Source: Bacteroidales bacterium (GTDB lineage: Bacteria > Bacteroidota > Bacteroidia > Bacteroidales > WCHB1-69). Taken from it: DNA of 64,000 bases. The notes beneath the pieces are model-generated. The model searched no databases. It saw nothing but the letters and a program-made list of their open reading frames with translations, and was not told where the DNA came from. Where the stretch lies: assembly GCA_045598025.1 (NCBI GenBank), contig JAZLLH010000061.1, forward strand, positions 4,551 through 68,550, given 5' to 3'. The position numbers and the translations under genes are program-made. This document shows positions 1 to 8,347 of this stretch, piece by piece. Position 1 is the first letter of the stretch, and every line of letters begins with the position of its first letter.

Positions 1-40
1 CGAGCCCCAATTCTCCGGCTATTTTCACACTGAAATCCAT
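1..40 (-). CDS. 5' end of an unidentified gene running off the window (MDFSVKIAGELGL...); faintly Tex-like N-terminus but too short to call
   Basis: ATG at 38-40 on the minus strand, 7 nt past the stop of the upstream minus-strand gene. Only 13 codons are visible. Confidence 0.2.
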   Translation of the reverse strand, partial: MDFSVKIAGELGL

Positions 41-46
41 ATCGTT

Positions 47-1315
47 CTATTTTGTGTTGAAACTATGCCTGTATCCGATCAACTGATCGTAATCCGTCCC
101 TTCGGGATGGTAATATACCAGAAACAGATAGGAATTCTCCGTTTCCCAATGAGAACCTTCTACAGAATAATCGCCACGCCCGCTTCCCTTCGGGACAAAC
201 AGATAGGTGTAATTGTAATATCCGGCTTTCAGATACAGGCTGCCCAGATATGCATGACGCTCGGGATGATAGGTCATTTTCGCCTCCGGCAGAAAACGCC
301 AGTGCGTCAGTTCTCCGAACACATACAGATCACCGTCCAAGGGCTTGTCGTACCTCAATTCAAAATGCGCCTGGGCGTAATCCAACTCAAATGCGGAAGC
401 TTCTTCTTCCGAAAGCAGCAGACAGCATCCGTCTATGTCTTTTTCACTGTTGTACGGCATGTAGGAACGATCCTGGTCCGGATACACAAACACATGATAG
501 TTCTCCTCCGTCCGGTCGACCCTGACCACATTTTCCAGGGTTTTGACCATGCTGCGCATGTTGAAACGATGAAATTCGCAACCTCCTTCCATGGTGTTGG
601 AACCGACTCTGTCGTACAGCAGTACATCGCCCTGAACCGCATAGGGCCTGGGAAAAAGCAGGGCGTTGTCGGAGCGCTGGTTTTGCATCAGTACGGCTTT
701 GACCGTTTGGGAAGGATTGTTGAAACGGATGCCGGAAGGCTTTACCTGAAAGCGGGCCTCCTGATGCGTCCACCGTTCGGACACATTGGTCGATGCCATA
801 AATTCGGTCTGTATCTGTACTTTCGAATCGGCCACCATCAAGCGGTAGGTAAACAAAATTTCGGATTCATTCTCATACACGCACAAAAGATAATTTCCGG
901 AAAGCAGGACCCCCATATCCTCATTGGGAAAAGCAAAACGATAGGAAATATATTGCTGCAGGGTAGCCATGGAATAGGTATAGTCGGTAATATATCCCTC
1001 ATCAAATCCGCGGATATACTCGGAACGCATCAAACGGGAAGGTTCCCAATCGTAAGTACAATGCACAACGGTATATTTCAAATCCCTGTATCTGGCATTC
1101 AAATCATCGAAGGAAATACGGAAATACTGCTCGCTTCCCAACTCAATCACTGGCGGGACACAATAAGCATCAGCTACTTCCACTTTCAACCCTCCAATGG
1201 ACTCGTCGTAGAGGTGATTGTCATAGATAATCCCTTGAAAATCCTGTGCCCGCAACGGGCACAGGCCCATGCAGAGCAGGAAGCACAGGCTGCATATCGC
1301 TTTTTTTGTCTTCAT
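47..1315 (-). CDS. DUF5103 / type IX secretion plug-domain family protein, secreted
   Basis: ORF 47..1573 trimmed to the ATG at 1313-1315, where a signal peptide begins (MKTKKAICSLCFLLCMGLCPLRAQ). The body (VIELGSEQYFRISFDDL, YTVVHCTYDWEPS, GNYLLCVYE) matches my memory of the DUF5103 family. Confidence 0.7.
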   Translation of the reverse strand: MKTKKAICSLCFLLCMGLCPLRAQDFQGIIYDNHLYDESIGGLKVEVADAYCVPPVIELGSEQYFRISFDDLNARYRDLKYTVVHCTYDWEPSRLMRSEYIRGFDEGYITDYTYSMATLQQYISYRFAFPNEDMGVLLSGNYLLCVYENESEILFTYRLMVADSKVQIQTEFMASTNVSERWTHQEARFQVKPSGIRFNNPSQTVKAVLMQNQRSDNALLFPRPYAVQGDVLLYDRVGSNTMEGGCEFHRFNMRSMVKTLENVVRVDRTEENYHVFVYPDQDRSYMPYNSEKDIDGCCLLLSEEEASAFELDYAQAHFELRYDKPLDGDLYVFGELTHWRFLPEAKMTYHPERHAYLGSLYLKAGYYNYTYLFVPKGSGRGDYSVEGSHWETENSYLFLVYYHPEGTDYDQLIGYRHSFNTK

Positions 1316-1337
1316 TTCCGTATAGATAAACAAAGTG

Positions 1338-1345
1338 CAAAAGTA
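1338..1345 (-). promoter_or_regulatory. Bacteroidetes -7 promoter element TAnnTTTG (TACTTTTG) for the DUF5103 gene
   Basis: Exact match to the consensus on the minus strand, about 22 nt upstream of the ATG at 1315. Confidence 0.45.
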
Positions 1346-1486
1346 CACATAATTCCAATAGGATTTGATGACATGAAAATGAGAATTTTCATGCCGGAAA
1401 CCTGCACTACTCCGTAAATTCCGATAAAAAACGGAGTAGCACTCCATAAATTTCAGCAAAAAACGGAATAGCATTCCCTTTTTTAC

Positions 1487-1494
1487 TATTTTTG
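1487..1494 (+). promoter_or_regulatory. Candidate -7 element TATTTTTG upstream of the lipoprotein gene
   Basis: TAnnTTTG match about 109 nt upstream of the ATG at 1603. Confidence 0.3.
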
Positions 1495-1602
1495 CGAACA
1501 GAAAAAAAAGAAAGTGACAAAACGATTCTTGACGGAAAATTATTGACGGGAAGTTTAATACGTATTTGAACACAGCGAAAAAATATAAAACCTGATTGTA
1601 AC

Positions 1603-2340
1603 ATGAAAAAAGTATTCAGATTTATTGCTGCCGCAGCACTTGTGTGCCTTTGCGCAGCATCTTGCGACAAGGACAACAAAGAAGACAATGAGGTCAAAGG
1701 CCCTACGGATTTTTCCGGCGGCTGCGAGGCCGTAGACCTCGGAATTACGACCAAGGACGGAAAGCCTCTGAAGTGGGCGTCATACAATGTCGGCGCTCTG
1801 AATGTGAACGGCCGTGGATCATACTTCGCTTGGGGCGAGACCTGTGAGAAGAGCAATTACGACCGGTCAAATGAAGGTGACTACAAGTGGGGCATCTATG
1901 ACAGCAGCGCCAACGCCAAGCCTAAATACGTCATGACCAAGTACACGGCTGATGTTGAAGGCGGCGACGGCCTCAAGACACTCCAGCCCGGAGACGATCC
2001 CGCAACTGTGAACTGGGGCACTAAATGGCGTACGCCTACCTTCGATGAAATCAAGGATCTTCTTGACAATACCAAGTGCGAGTGGACCTGGGACGCTGCC
2101 AAGAAAGGTTACACAGTAAAGGGCCTGAAGACCGGCAACTCGATTTTCCTGCCCGCAGCGGGCTATCGCTACGGTTCGGATCTTGAGGATGCCGGAACGG
2201 ACGGCTACTACTGGTCATCGTCAGTGAACGAGTCGTACCCGTGCAACGCGTACATCTTCCTCCTCTATTCGTTCGGCCATGACTGGAGCGACGGCGGCCG
2301 CTACGTCGGCCGATCGGTCCGTGCGGTCACAGAATATTAG
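1603..2340 (+). CDS. Lipoprotein with FISUMP/DUF1566-like domain
   Basis: Signal peptide plus lipobox (AALVCLCAASC). Motifs KWASYNVGA, YFAWGE, WRTPT..E, GNSIFLPAAGYR, YYWSSS and GRSVRAV are typical of the Fibrobacter-paralogous/DUF1566 fold. Confidence 0.65.
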   Translation: MKKVFRFIAAAALVCLCAASCDKDNKEDNEVKGPTDFSGGCEAVDLGITTKDGKPLKWASYNVGALNVNGRGSYFAWGETCEKSNYDRSNEGDYKWGIYDSSANAKPKYVMTKYTADVEGGDGLKTLQPGDDPATVNWGTKWRTPTFDEIKDLLDNTKCEWTWDAAKKGYTVKGLKTGNSIFLPAAGYRYGSDLEDAGTDGYYWSSSVNESYPCNAYIFLLYSFGHDWSDGGRYVGRSVRAVTEY

Positions 2341-2462
2341 GGCAAGCCGAGAAGCAAAGTGAAATTTGTTTGAGTATTCCGTTACGCTTGCGAGTGCAAT
2401 ATATCCACGAAAACGGCGTTGTTGAAGCAACTTACTGAACACTAACTTAAAAACACTGAACT

Positions 2463-2725
2463 ATGCCCGAAATAAGTCGCTTTTACGGAATCATCATCAA
2501 AATGCTCTTCCGGCCAAAAGAACACGAACCGGCTCACATTCATGCCATTTACCATGAATTCGTCGATTCGTCGGTACTTTTGACTTGCAAACATTTGAAA
2601 TGATTGATGGTGATTTACCCAATAAAGCACAGGATTTGATTAAAGAATGGTTGCATATATATCAAAACGAACTTTTGAATATGTGGCAATCCCAACAGAT
2701 AACCAAACTGCCTCCGATAGAATGA
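2463..2725 (+). pseudogene. DUF4160-family gene, frameshifted by an 8-bp tandem duplication
   Basis: Frame 0 reads MPEISRFYGIIIKMLFRPKEHEPAHIHAIYHEFVDSSVLLTCKHLK and stops at 2601-2603. The rest of the family sequence (FDLQTFEMIDGDLPNKAQDLIKEWLHIYQNELLNMWQSQQITKLPPIE, stop 2723-2725) continues in another frame. Deleting one copy of attcgtcg restores a single 85-aa ORF. Confidence 0.8.
2558..2573 (+). repeat. Perfect 8-bp tandem duplication attcgtcg x2
   Basis: attcgtcg at 2558-2565 and again at 2566-2573, read directly from the sequence. Confidence 0.95.
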
Positions 2726-2985
2726 TACCGAAAATTAAAACAGTAGAACCCTTAAAAGACTTCGTATTGCACATTGTTTTCGATGATGGGAAAAAGGTGC
2801 TTTATGATGTCAAAGATGACATAGAAACACTGCCCGAATTTAAACAGTTGACCGAAATACAAGGTTTGTGGGAACAACTGCAACTGGACAGCAGCAGGAC
2901 CTGCGTTTATTGGAACGATAGAATAGACCTTGCCAGCGATACCCTATACGAATACGGCGTGATGGTGGCATTTTCAAATATTTAG
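2722..2985 (+). CDS. DUF2442 domain protein (partner of DUF4160)
   Basis: ORF 2647..2985 trimmed to the ATG at 2722, which overlaps the DUF4160 stop (ATGA). MIPKIKTVEPLKDFVLHIVFDDGKKVLYDVK is a typical DUF2442 N-terminus. Confidence 0.75.
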   Translation: MIPKIKTVEPLKDFVLHIVFDDGKKVLYDVKDDIETLPEFKQLTEIQGLWEQLQLDSSRTCVYWNDRIDLASDTLYEYGVMVAFSNI

Positions 2986-3017
2986 CAGCGCTTCCGGAAG
3001 GATACCGCATTTTTTAT

Positions 3018-3025
3018 TATTTTTG
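3018..3025 (+). promoter_or_regulatory. Candidate -7 element TATTTTTG upstream of alaS
   Basis: TAnnTTTG match 63 nt upstream of the ATG at 3088. Confidence 0.35.
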
Positions 3026-3087
3026 CATTCTCCCTCTTTTTGAGGCAGTTATTAATTTAATTTATTGAAATTCAGATATTAGACAAT

Positions 3088-5688
3088 ATGACTTCGAAAG
3101 AAATCCGCAAACAGTTCCTGCAATTTTTCGAATCCAGGCAGCACCATATTGTGCCGTCTGCACCCATGGTAGTCAAAAACGATCCCACACTGATGTTCAC
3201 CAATGCGGGCATGAATCAGTTCAAGGACATTTTCTTAGGCAATGCAGCCGCCCCCTATCCACGCGTATCGGACTCTCAGAAATGCCTGAGAGTATCAGGA
3301 AAACACAACGACCTGGAAGAAGTCGGCCACGACACCTATCACCACACCATGTTTGAAATGTTGGGCAACTGGTCCTTCGGCGACTATTTCAAGAAAGAAG
3401 CCATTGCCTACGCTTGGGAGTTTCTGACGGAAGTATTGAAAATCAATAAGGAAAATCTTTATGTCACCGTTTTTGGCGGAGACGAAAAGGACGGACTCTC
3501 CAAAGATGAGGAAGCCTACGGATTCTGGAAGGAACACGTGGAGGAAAGCCACATCCTCAACGGAAGCAAAAAGGACAATTTCTGGGAAATGGGAGAGCAG
3601 GGTCCCTGCGGTCCCTGTTCCGAAATCCACATCGACATCCGCTCTGCAGAAGAAAAAGCCAAAATCTCCGGTCGGGAAATGGTAAACAAGGACCATCCTC
3701 AGGTCATTGAAATCTGGAACCTGGTATTCATGCAATACAACCGCCTGGCAGACGGAACTTTGGAACCGTTGAAAGCCAAACACATCGACACCGGTATGGG
3801 ATTCGAGCGACTCTGCATGGTCATGCAGGGAAAGCAATCCAACTACGATACCGATGTGTTCCAACCTCTGATACAACACCTGGCCGCCAAAGCCGGACTC
3901 ACCTACGGCAAAGATGAAAAAACAGACATTGCCATGCGTGTCTGCGCCGACCACCTGCGCGCCGTTGCCTTTTCCATTGCCGACGGACAGCTGCCCTCCA
4001 ACGCCAAGGCCGGTTATGTTATCCGCCGTATTTTACGCCGTGCCGTGCGCTACGGCTACACATTCCTGGATTTCAAGGATCCCTTCCTGCACACGCTGGT
4101 ACCTGTCCTGGTCGGACAGATGGGCGAACAGTTCCCTGAACTGCAGAAGCAGGAGGAACTGATTATCCGCATCATCCTGGAAGAAGAGCAGGCTTTTCTC
4201 CGTACCTTGAGTAACGGAATCCTGAAATTTGAAAAATACATTGCTGAAAATCAAGGGAAAGTTATAGACGGCGCCTTCGCTTTTGAACTTTTTGACACCT
4301 TCGGTTTCCCCATTGACCTCACCCAACTGATGGCCGGAGAAAAAGGATGGACCGTCGATATGGAAGGTTTCCAGAAAGGTCTGGCCGAACAGAAGCAGCG
4401 TTCCCGCGCGGCGGCAGCCCAGGATACAGACGACTGGGTGCAGGTGCATGCGGAAACGGAAGAAAAATTCATCGGTTACGATGCCTTGGAAGCAGATGTG
4501 GAAATTGTCCGCTATCGGAAAGTAAGCACCAAGGACAAAACTTTCTATCAGGTTGTTTTTGACCGGACGCCTTTTTACGGAGAAGGCGGTGGTCAGGCCG
4601 GAGACGCCGGATGCCTGACTCTCGGAGATGAATGCATTCCCGTATTCAACACCAAAAAAGAAAACAATCTGATCATCCACCTGATGGAACGGCTTCCCCA
4701 ACATCCGGAAGCGGTGTTTCATGCTAAGGTGAATGCTGAAAGGAGAAAAAACACAGAGCATAATCATACAGCCACACACTTATTGCACAAGGCTTTACGC
4801 ACTGTATTGGGAACACATGTCGAACAGAAAGGTTCTTCGGTGGACGCGGAACGCCTGCGCTTCGATTTTTCACATTTTGCCAAAGTCAGCAAGGAAGAGC
4901 TGCGCAAAGTGGAACGTTTAGTCAATGAAGACATCCGCAAAAACCTGCCTCTGGAAGAACACCGTGCCATGCCCATTGCCGAAGCACAGAAATTGGGAGC
5001 CATGGCTCTTTTCGGAGAAAAGTACGGAGAATTCGTGCGGGTTGTGAAATACGGAGAATCCATTGAATTCTGCGGTGGAACGCATGTGTCCGCCACGGGA
5101 AATATCGGAGCTTTCCGCATTGTATATGAAACATCCGTAGCCGCCGGTATCCGCCGTATCGAAGCAGTAACCGGAAGTGCGGTGGAGCAAATGCTGGATG
5201 AATACCAGGACCAGCAGGAAAAATTGAAAGAAATGCTGAAAAACCCAAAAGAAGTGCTGAGCGCTGTCGAAAAATTGGATGCGGAATGCACTGCCCTGCG
5301 GAATGAACTGGATAATATCCGCAAAGAACAGGCGCTTGCCAAAAGCAAGGCTTTTGCCGAGAAAATCAGAACGGCTGAAAATCATTGCTATATAGCCCAG
5401 ACCGACGAAGATATCAACAGCATGAAAGACGCGCTGATCGCGTTGCGCAACGACATCCCCGACATGGTGCTGATATTGGGAAATGTGCACGAAGGAAAAC
5501 CTTCGCTGCTGGCGGTTTTGGGAAACGAAAGGGTGGAAAAAGGTCTGCACGCCGGAAACATCATCCGCGCAGCCGCCAAGGAAATTCAGGGCGGTGGCGG
5601 CGGACAGCCCTTCTTCGCTACGGCTGGAGGCAAAAATCCGGATGGCATTTCCAAGGCTTTGGAAATCGCTGAATCCATGATAAGATAA
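3088..5688 (+). CDS. alaS: Alanine--tRNA ligase
   Basis: 866 aa. N-terminus KEIRKQFLQFFESRQHHIVPSAPMVVKNDPTLMFTNAGMNQFKD, an editing-domain HxxxH region (HNHTATHLLH) and a C-terminal DHHA1-like GGGGG tail. Confidence 0.97.
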   Translation: MTSKEIRKQFLQFFESRQHHIVPSAPMVVKNDPTLMFTNAGMNQFKDIFLGNAAAPYPRVSDSQKCLRVSGKHNDLEEVGHDTYHHTMFEMLGNWSFGDYFKKEAIAYAWEFLTEVLKINKENLYVTVFGGDEKDGLSKDEEAYGFWKEHVEESHILNGSKKDNFWEMGEQGPCGPCSEIHIDIRSAEEKAKISGREMVNKDHPQVIEIWNLVFMQYNRLADGTLEPLKAKHIDTGMGFERLCMVMQGKQSNYDTDVFQPLIQHLAAKAGLTYGKDEKTDIAMRVCADHLRAVAFSIADGQLPSNAKAGYVIRRILRRAVRYGYTFLDFKDPFLHTLVPVLVGQMGEQFPELQKQEELIIRIILEEEQAFLRTLSNGILKFEKYIAENQGKVIDGAFAFELFDTFGFPIDLTQLMAGEKGWTVDMEGFQKGLAEQKQRSRAAAAQDTDDWVQVHAETEEKFIGYDALEADVEIVRYRKVSTKDKTFYQVVFDRTPFYGEGGGQAGDAGCLTLGDECIPVFNTKKENNLIIHLMERLPQHPEAVFHAKVNAERRKNTEHNHTATHLLHKALRTVLGTHVEQKGSSVDAERLRFDFSHFAKVSKEELRKVERLVNEDIRKNLPLEEHRAMPIAEAQKLGAMALFGEKYGEFVRVVKYGESIEFCGGTHVSATGNIGAFRIVYETSVAAGIRRIEAVTGSAVEQMLDEYQDQQEKLKEMLKNPKEVLSAVEKLDAECTALRNELDNIRKEQALAKSKAFAEKIRTAENHCYIAQTDEDINSMKDALIALRNDIPDMVLILGNVHEGKPSLLAVLGNERVEKGLHAGNIIRAAAKEIQGGGGGQPFFATAGGKNPDGISKALEIAESMIR

Positions 5689-5737
5689 AACATCTGTCGT
5701 ACCCGCTTACACATTGTTGCAGATATGTGATAAAAAG

Positions 5738-5763
5738 AAAAGGGATGCTTTCGCATCCCTTTT
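5738..5763. terminator. Bidirectional intrinsic terminator between convergent alaS and the T9SS cargo gene
   Basis: Stem gggatgc (5742-5748) / gcatccc (5753-5759), loop tttc, flanked by an A-run upstream and a T-run downstream. Confidence 0.65.
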
Positions 5764-5783
5764 CTTTTTGTAGTACCGATCGC

Positions 5784-8000
5784 CTAACGGACCTGCACCC
5801 TGGTATTGACCACACCGTTGGCCGTCTGCAATTGCAAAATGTACAGACCAGCGGCAAAATCGCTTACATTCAATACATAATCTGTTGCATCCGTTGCCGT
5901 CTGGAAAATGGTCTGTCCTGCCATATTGACTAGGCGAACGGACGTGAAGTTTACATCGGAATGGATGTTCAACTGATTTTCGGTAGGATTCGGGAAGGCA
6001 AGAACTTTTGCCAAAGCGGAATTCGACTGAGCAATGGAAAGCGGATTTCCCATGGGACCATATTCGGTACCGGACTGGAAAACTTCCTTGGTTTTATAAT
6101 CCTGCAACCAATACACCAAAATAATGTGGTTGAAATTCTCAACCGAATGTTCGGTGTCGTTGTTGATAGGATCACTCGCATCGCGCGGCAAACGATAATT
6201 ACCCTTGAATTCATATTCCAAGTCAAAGGTCTGAGGATCATTTTCATTCAACACGACAGGTGTACCAGAAACCGGGGTGATGAATTTTTTCATCACATAA
6301 TGGAAAACCGTATCAAAATTGGCATAGAAAGTAGGTCCACCATAATAGCTCAGATAATCATCCGCAATGTTCTTGACAGTTTTCGCTTCCACTAAAGCAG
6401 CAAACAGACGCACATCTCCGGAAATATCTTTCAGAGGATTGATGAGGACAGAGGCACTGAACTTTTTCTCACCATCGTATTCCAGCGTTCCACTCATATC
6501 CACAAAAGAGGGTTTGGAAGCTTCATCTCTCAGTTTGGCAGCCGTCCAAGTATAAGAAGTGGTGTTGGCGGAATACACATTGCCATCTACATGCAGATAA
6601 GGAATAGTAGAAAAATCACCATAGAAAGACAGACGAGCCTGGCCTTCGGAAGTATAATAGGGATCGCCACTGCCCGGCCAGCTCATCTGATATTTGATGC
6701 AGGTCCAGTTGCTACTGACATCCAGTATGCTTTTCAAATAGGCATTGCCTGATTTACAGGGAGAACAAGTGGCTGAGGAAAAAGCCTCATGCAACACCTT
6801 GCGTTGCACACCGTTTTCATAAGTTTCAAATACAAAATCCAATGTATCGGAACATACACTCGTGGCATTGATATCGGAAAGCCACAGTTTTACCGTATAT
6901 TTTTTGTCACTTTCCGTCGGAGTGAAGGTTTTAGCATGCGTCAAAGTAAAACCGTTGAGGAAATTATAATAATTTTTTCCGGAAACCGTGTCACTGTACG
7001 TATTTCCTTCCACTTCATAATGAAAAACATAAGATTTCAACGGATTTTGGCCGGCACTTTTGAAAATAGCGGAAATTGTTTTCGGTGTATTGGTTTTATG
7101 GAATTTTTCCATATCCGAGCCGAAGGCCATGACACCCTCTTCAGGCAGCACATTCACGGTGGACAAATCATAGCCGATATGATAACGGCTCATGAAAAAT
7201 ACGCCCAGTACATCTTTATCATCCACCATCTTGGGCTGGATGTATATACCGTATGCGTAATAGTCTGCCCATGCAGTTACGTCATTAGCCACCGTATGAA
7301 TTCCGGCGTTGACTTTCCCGGTCGTCGGATCTATACGGATAATATCCTGAGGATAACGGTTCAATGCGTACAGATAAGGGCCACCGGCAGAAATAGTATC
7401 GTATGCCAAGCCCCACAATTGATCGTTATATCCGTGAGTTTCAACAGAAATGGTATTCAGCAGGCTTCCGGAACGGGAGAACAATTTGATGATGTTGTCA
7501 TTCGGCGTCGTCACATAAAAACCGCCATTGCCGCCATCCGCATCCGGTGCATAGGTTACCGCATAAGGAGCCGCACCGGACAATTTGATGGTTTCTTCAA
7601 CGGCATTTCTGTCTGCATTCAGACGATAGATTGCACTGTTTCCGTTAACCACATAGAGAGATGTGCCATCAAAGGCACAGCCTGTGACATAGGCTCTTGA
7701 TGTAGAGGACATGGAAAGACCTTTAATAGCGGTAGAGTCTATCAGTTTGTGATCAAACCCTACTTTGTAAATCATGGCTTTAGCGGCACTCCCAGTATAG
7801 AGGTATTGTCCGTCGGAAACCATTCCGGTCGGACTGACAAAATTCGGAGTCACCGTTGTTTTGAACAAAATGTTCCAATCGCCTGCCGCTTTTTGTGTTT
7901 TCTGCATAGGCTGAGGATTTTCCACCTTGGCCGTAGGTACCAATTGTGCGAACACGTTCATGCCTGTGCACAGACAGAGTAATAATGCTAATTTTTTCAT
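5784..8000 (-). CDS. Secreted T9SS cargo protein with type-A C-terminal sorting domain and an Omp28/thioredoxin-like CSPC region
   Basis: Signal peptide MKKLALLLCLCTGMNVFAQ. C-terminus AFPNPTENQLNIHS...AGLYILQLQTANGVVNTRVQVR resembles the Por_Secre_tail domain. Internal motif HEAFSSATCSPCK. Confidence 0.7.
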   Translation of the reverse strand: MKKLALLLCLCTGMNVFAQLVPTAKVENPQPMQKTQKAAGDWNILFKTTVTPNFVSPTGMVSDGQYLYTGSAAKAMIYKVGFDHKLIDSTAIKGLSMSSTSRAYVTGCAFDGTSLYVVNGNSAIYRLNADRNAVEETIKLSGAAPYAVTYAPDADGGNGGFYVTTPNDNIIKLFSRSGSLLNTISVETHGYNDQLWGLAYDTISAGGPYLYALNRYPQDIIRIDPTTGKVNAGIHTVANDVTAWADYYAYGIYIQPKMVDDKDVLGVFFMSRYHIGYDLSTVNVLPEEGVMAFGSDMEKFHKTNTPKTISAIFKSAGQNPLKSYVFHYEVEGNTYSDTVSGKNYYNFLNGFTLTHAKTFTPTESDKKYTVKLWLSDINATSVCSDTLDFVFETYENGVQRKVLHEAFSSATCSPCKSGNAYLKSILDVSSNWTCIKYQMSWPGSGDPYYTSEGQARLSFYGDFSTIPYLHVDGNVYSANTTSYTWTAAKLRDEASKPSFVDMSGTLEYDGEKKFSASVLINPLKDISGDVRLFAALVEAKTVKNIADDYLSYYGGPTFYANFDTVFHYVMKKFITPVSGTPVVLNENDPQTFDLEYEFKGNYRLPRDASDPINNDTEHSVENFNHIILVYWLQDYKTKEVFQSGTEYGPMGNPLSIAQSNSALAKVLAFPNPTENQLNIHSDVNFTSVRLVNMAGQTIFQTATDATDYVLNVSDFAAGLYILQLQTANGVVNTRVQVR

Positions 8001-8062
8001 ACCTCGAAGTATTTAATGAATATAAAATTTACCATATAGATTCTTTCCAATAAAAGAACATG

Positions 8063-8070
8063 CAAAATTA
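8063..8070 (-). promoter_or_regulatory. Candidate -7 element TAATTTTG for the T9SS cargo gene
   Basis: TAnnTTTG match on the minus strand 63 nt upstream of the ATG at 8000. Confidence 0.3.
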
Positions 8071-8144
8071 CATATATTATGGATATTATTTCACGTTTTG
8101 AAAATAAAAATTTCATTTTTTTCAAAACCGACGCATATTTTGTC

Positions 8145-8152
8145 TACTTTTG
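8145..8152 (+). promoter_or_regulatory. -7 promoter element TACTTTTG for tRNA-Ser
   Basis: Exact consensus ending 6 nt before tRNA position 1. Confidence 0.55.
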
Positions 8153-8157
8153 CACTC

Positions 8158-8245
8158 GGAAAGATGGCAGAGTGGTCGATTGCATCGGTCTTGAAAACCG
8201 ACGAGTGTAACAGCTCCGGGGGTTCGAATCCCTCTCTTTCCGCCA
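8158..8245 (+). tRNA. tRNA-Ser (anticodon UGA), CCA encoded
   Basis: Acceptor GGAAAGA/TCTTTCC, anticodon arm ATCGG-TCTTGAAAA-CCGAC, long variable arm, T-loop GGTTCGAATCC. Close in layout to E. coli tRNA-Ser(UGA). Confidence 0.93.
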
Positions 8246-8246
8246 A

Positions 8247-8286
8247 ATCCCATAAGTTATTATAAATTAAACTTATGGGATTTTTT
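8247..8286 (+). terminator. Intrinsic terminator after tRNA-Ser
   Basis: 12-bp perfect stem atcccataagtt / aacttatgggat, 11-nt loop, followed by TTTTTT. Confidence 0.8.
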
Positions 8287-8347
8287 GTATCGAAAATTCC
8301 GGTATAAAACTACGCAACAATGTATTAATGAGAGTCAATTTTGGAAT

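Noticed and set aside
65-1417. Long antisense ORFs opposite real genes (65..1417+, 21185..22303-, 35215..36600-, 39399..40382+, 40989..42047+, 58953..60089+, 26981..27895+ and others)
   Set aside because: Each lies fully inside a gene with a clear family assignment on the other strand. Their translations are low-complexity or Arg/Gly/His-rich with no recognisable motifs. They are shadow ORFs produced by the codon bias of the real gene.
2647-2721. Upstream extension of the DUF2442 ORF, and the minus-strand ORF 2442..2630
   Set aside because: The extension overlaps the 3' part of the DUF4160 reading frame, and the family N-terminus begins at the ATG at 2722. The minus-strand ORF is a shadow of DUF4160.
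8095-8128. AT-rich inverted repeat gttttgaaaa ... ttttcaaaac upstream of the tRNA-Ser promoter
   Set aside because: It has a 10-bp A/T-only stem with a 14-nt loop in an AT-rich intergenic region. That is easily produced by chance and has low stability. No function can be argued from the sequence alone.
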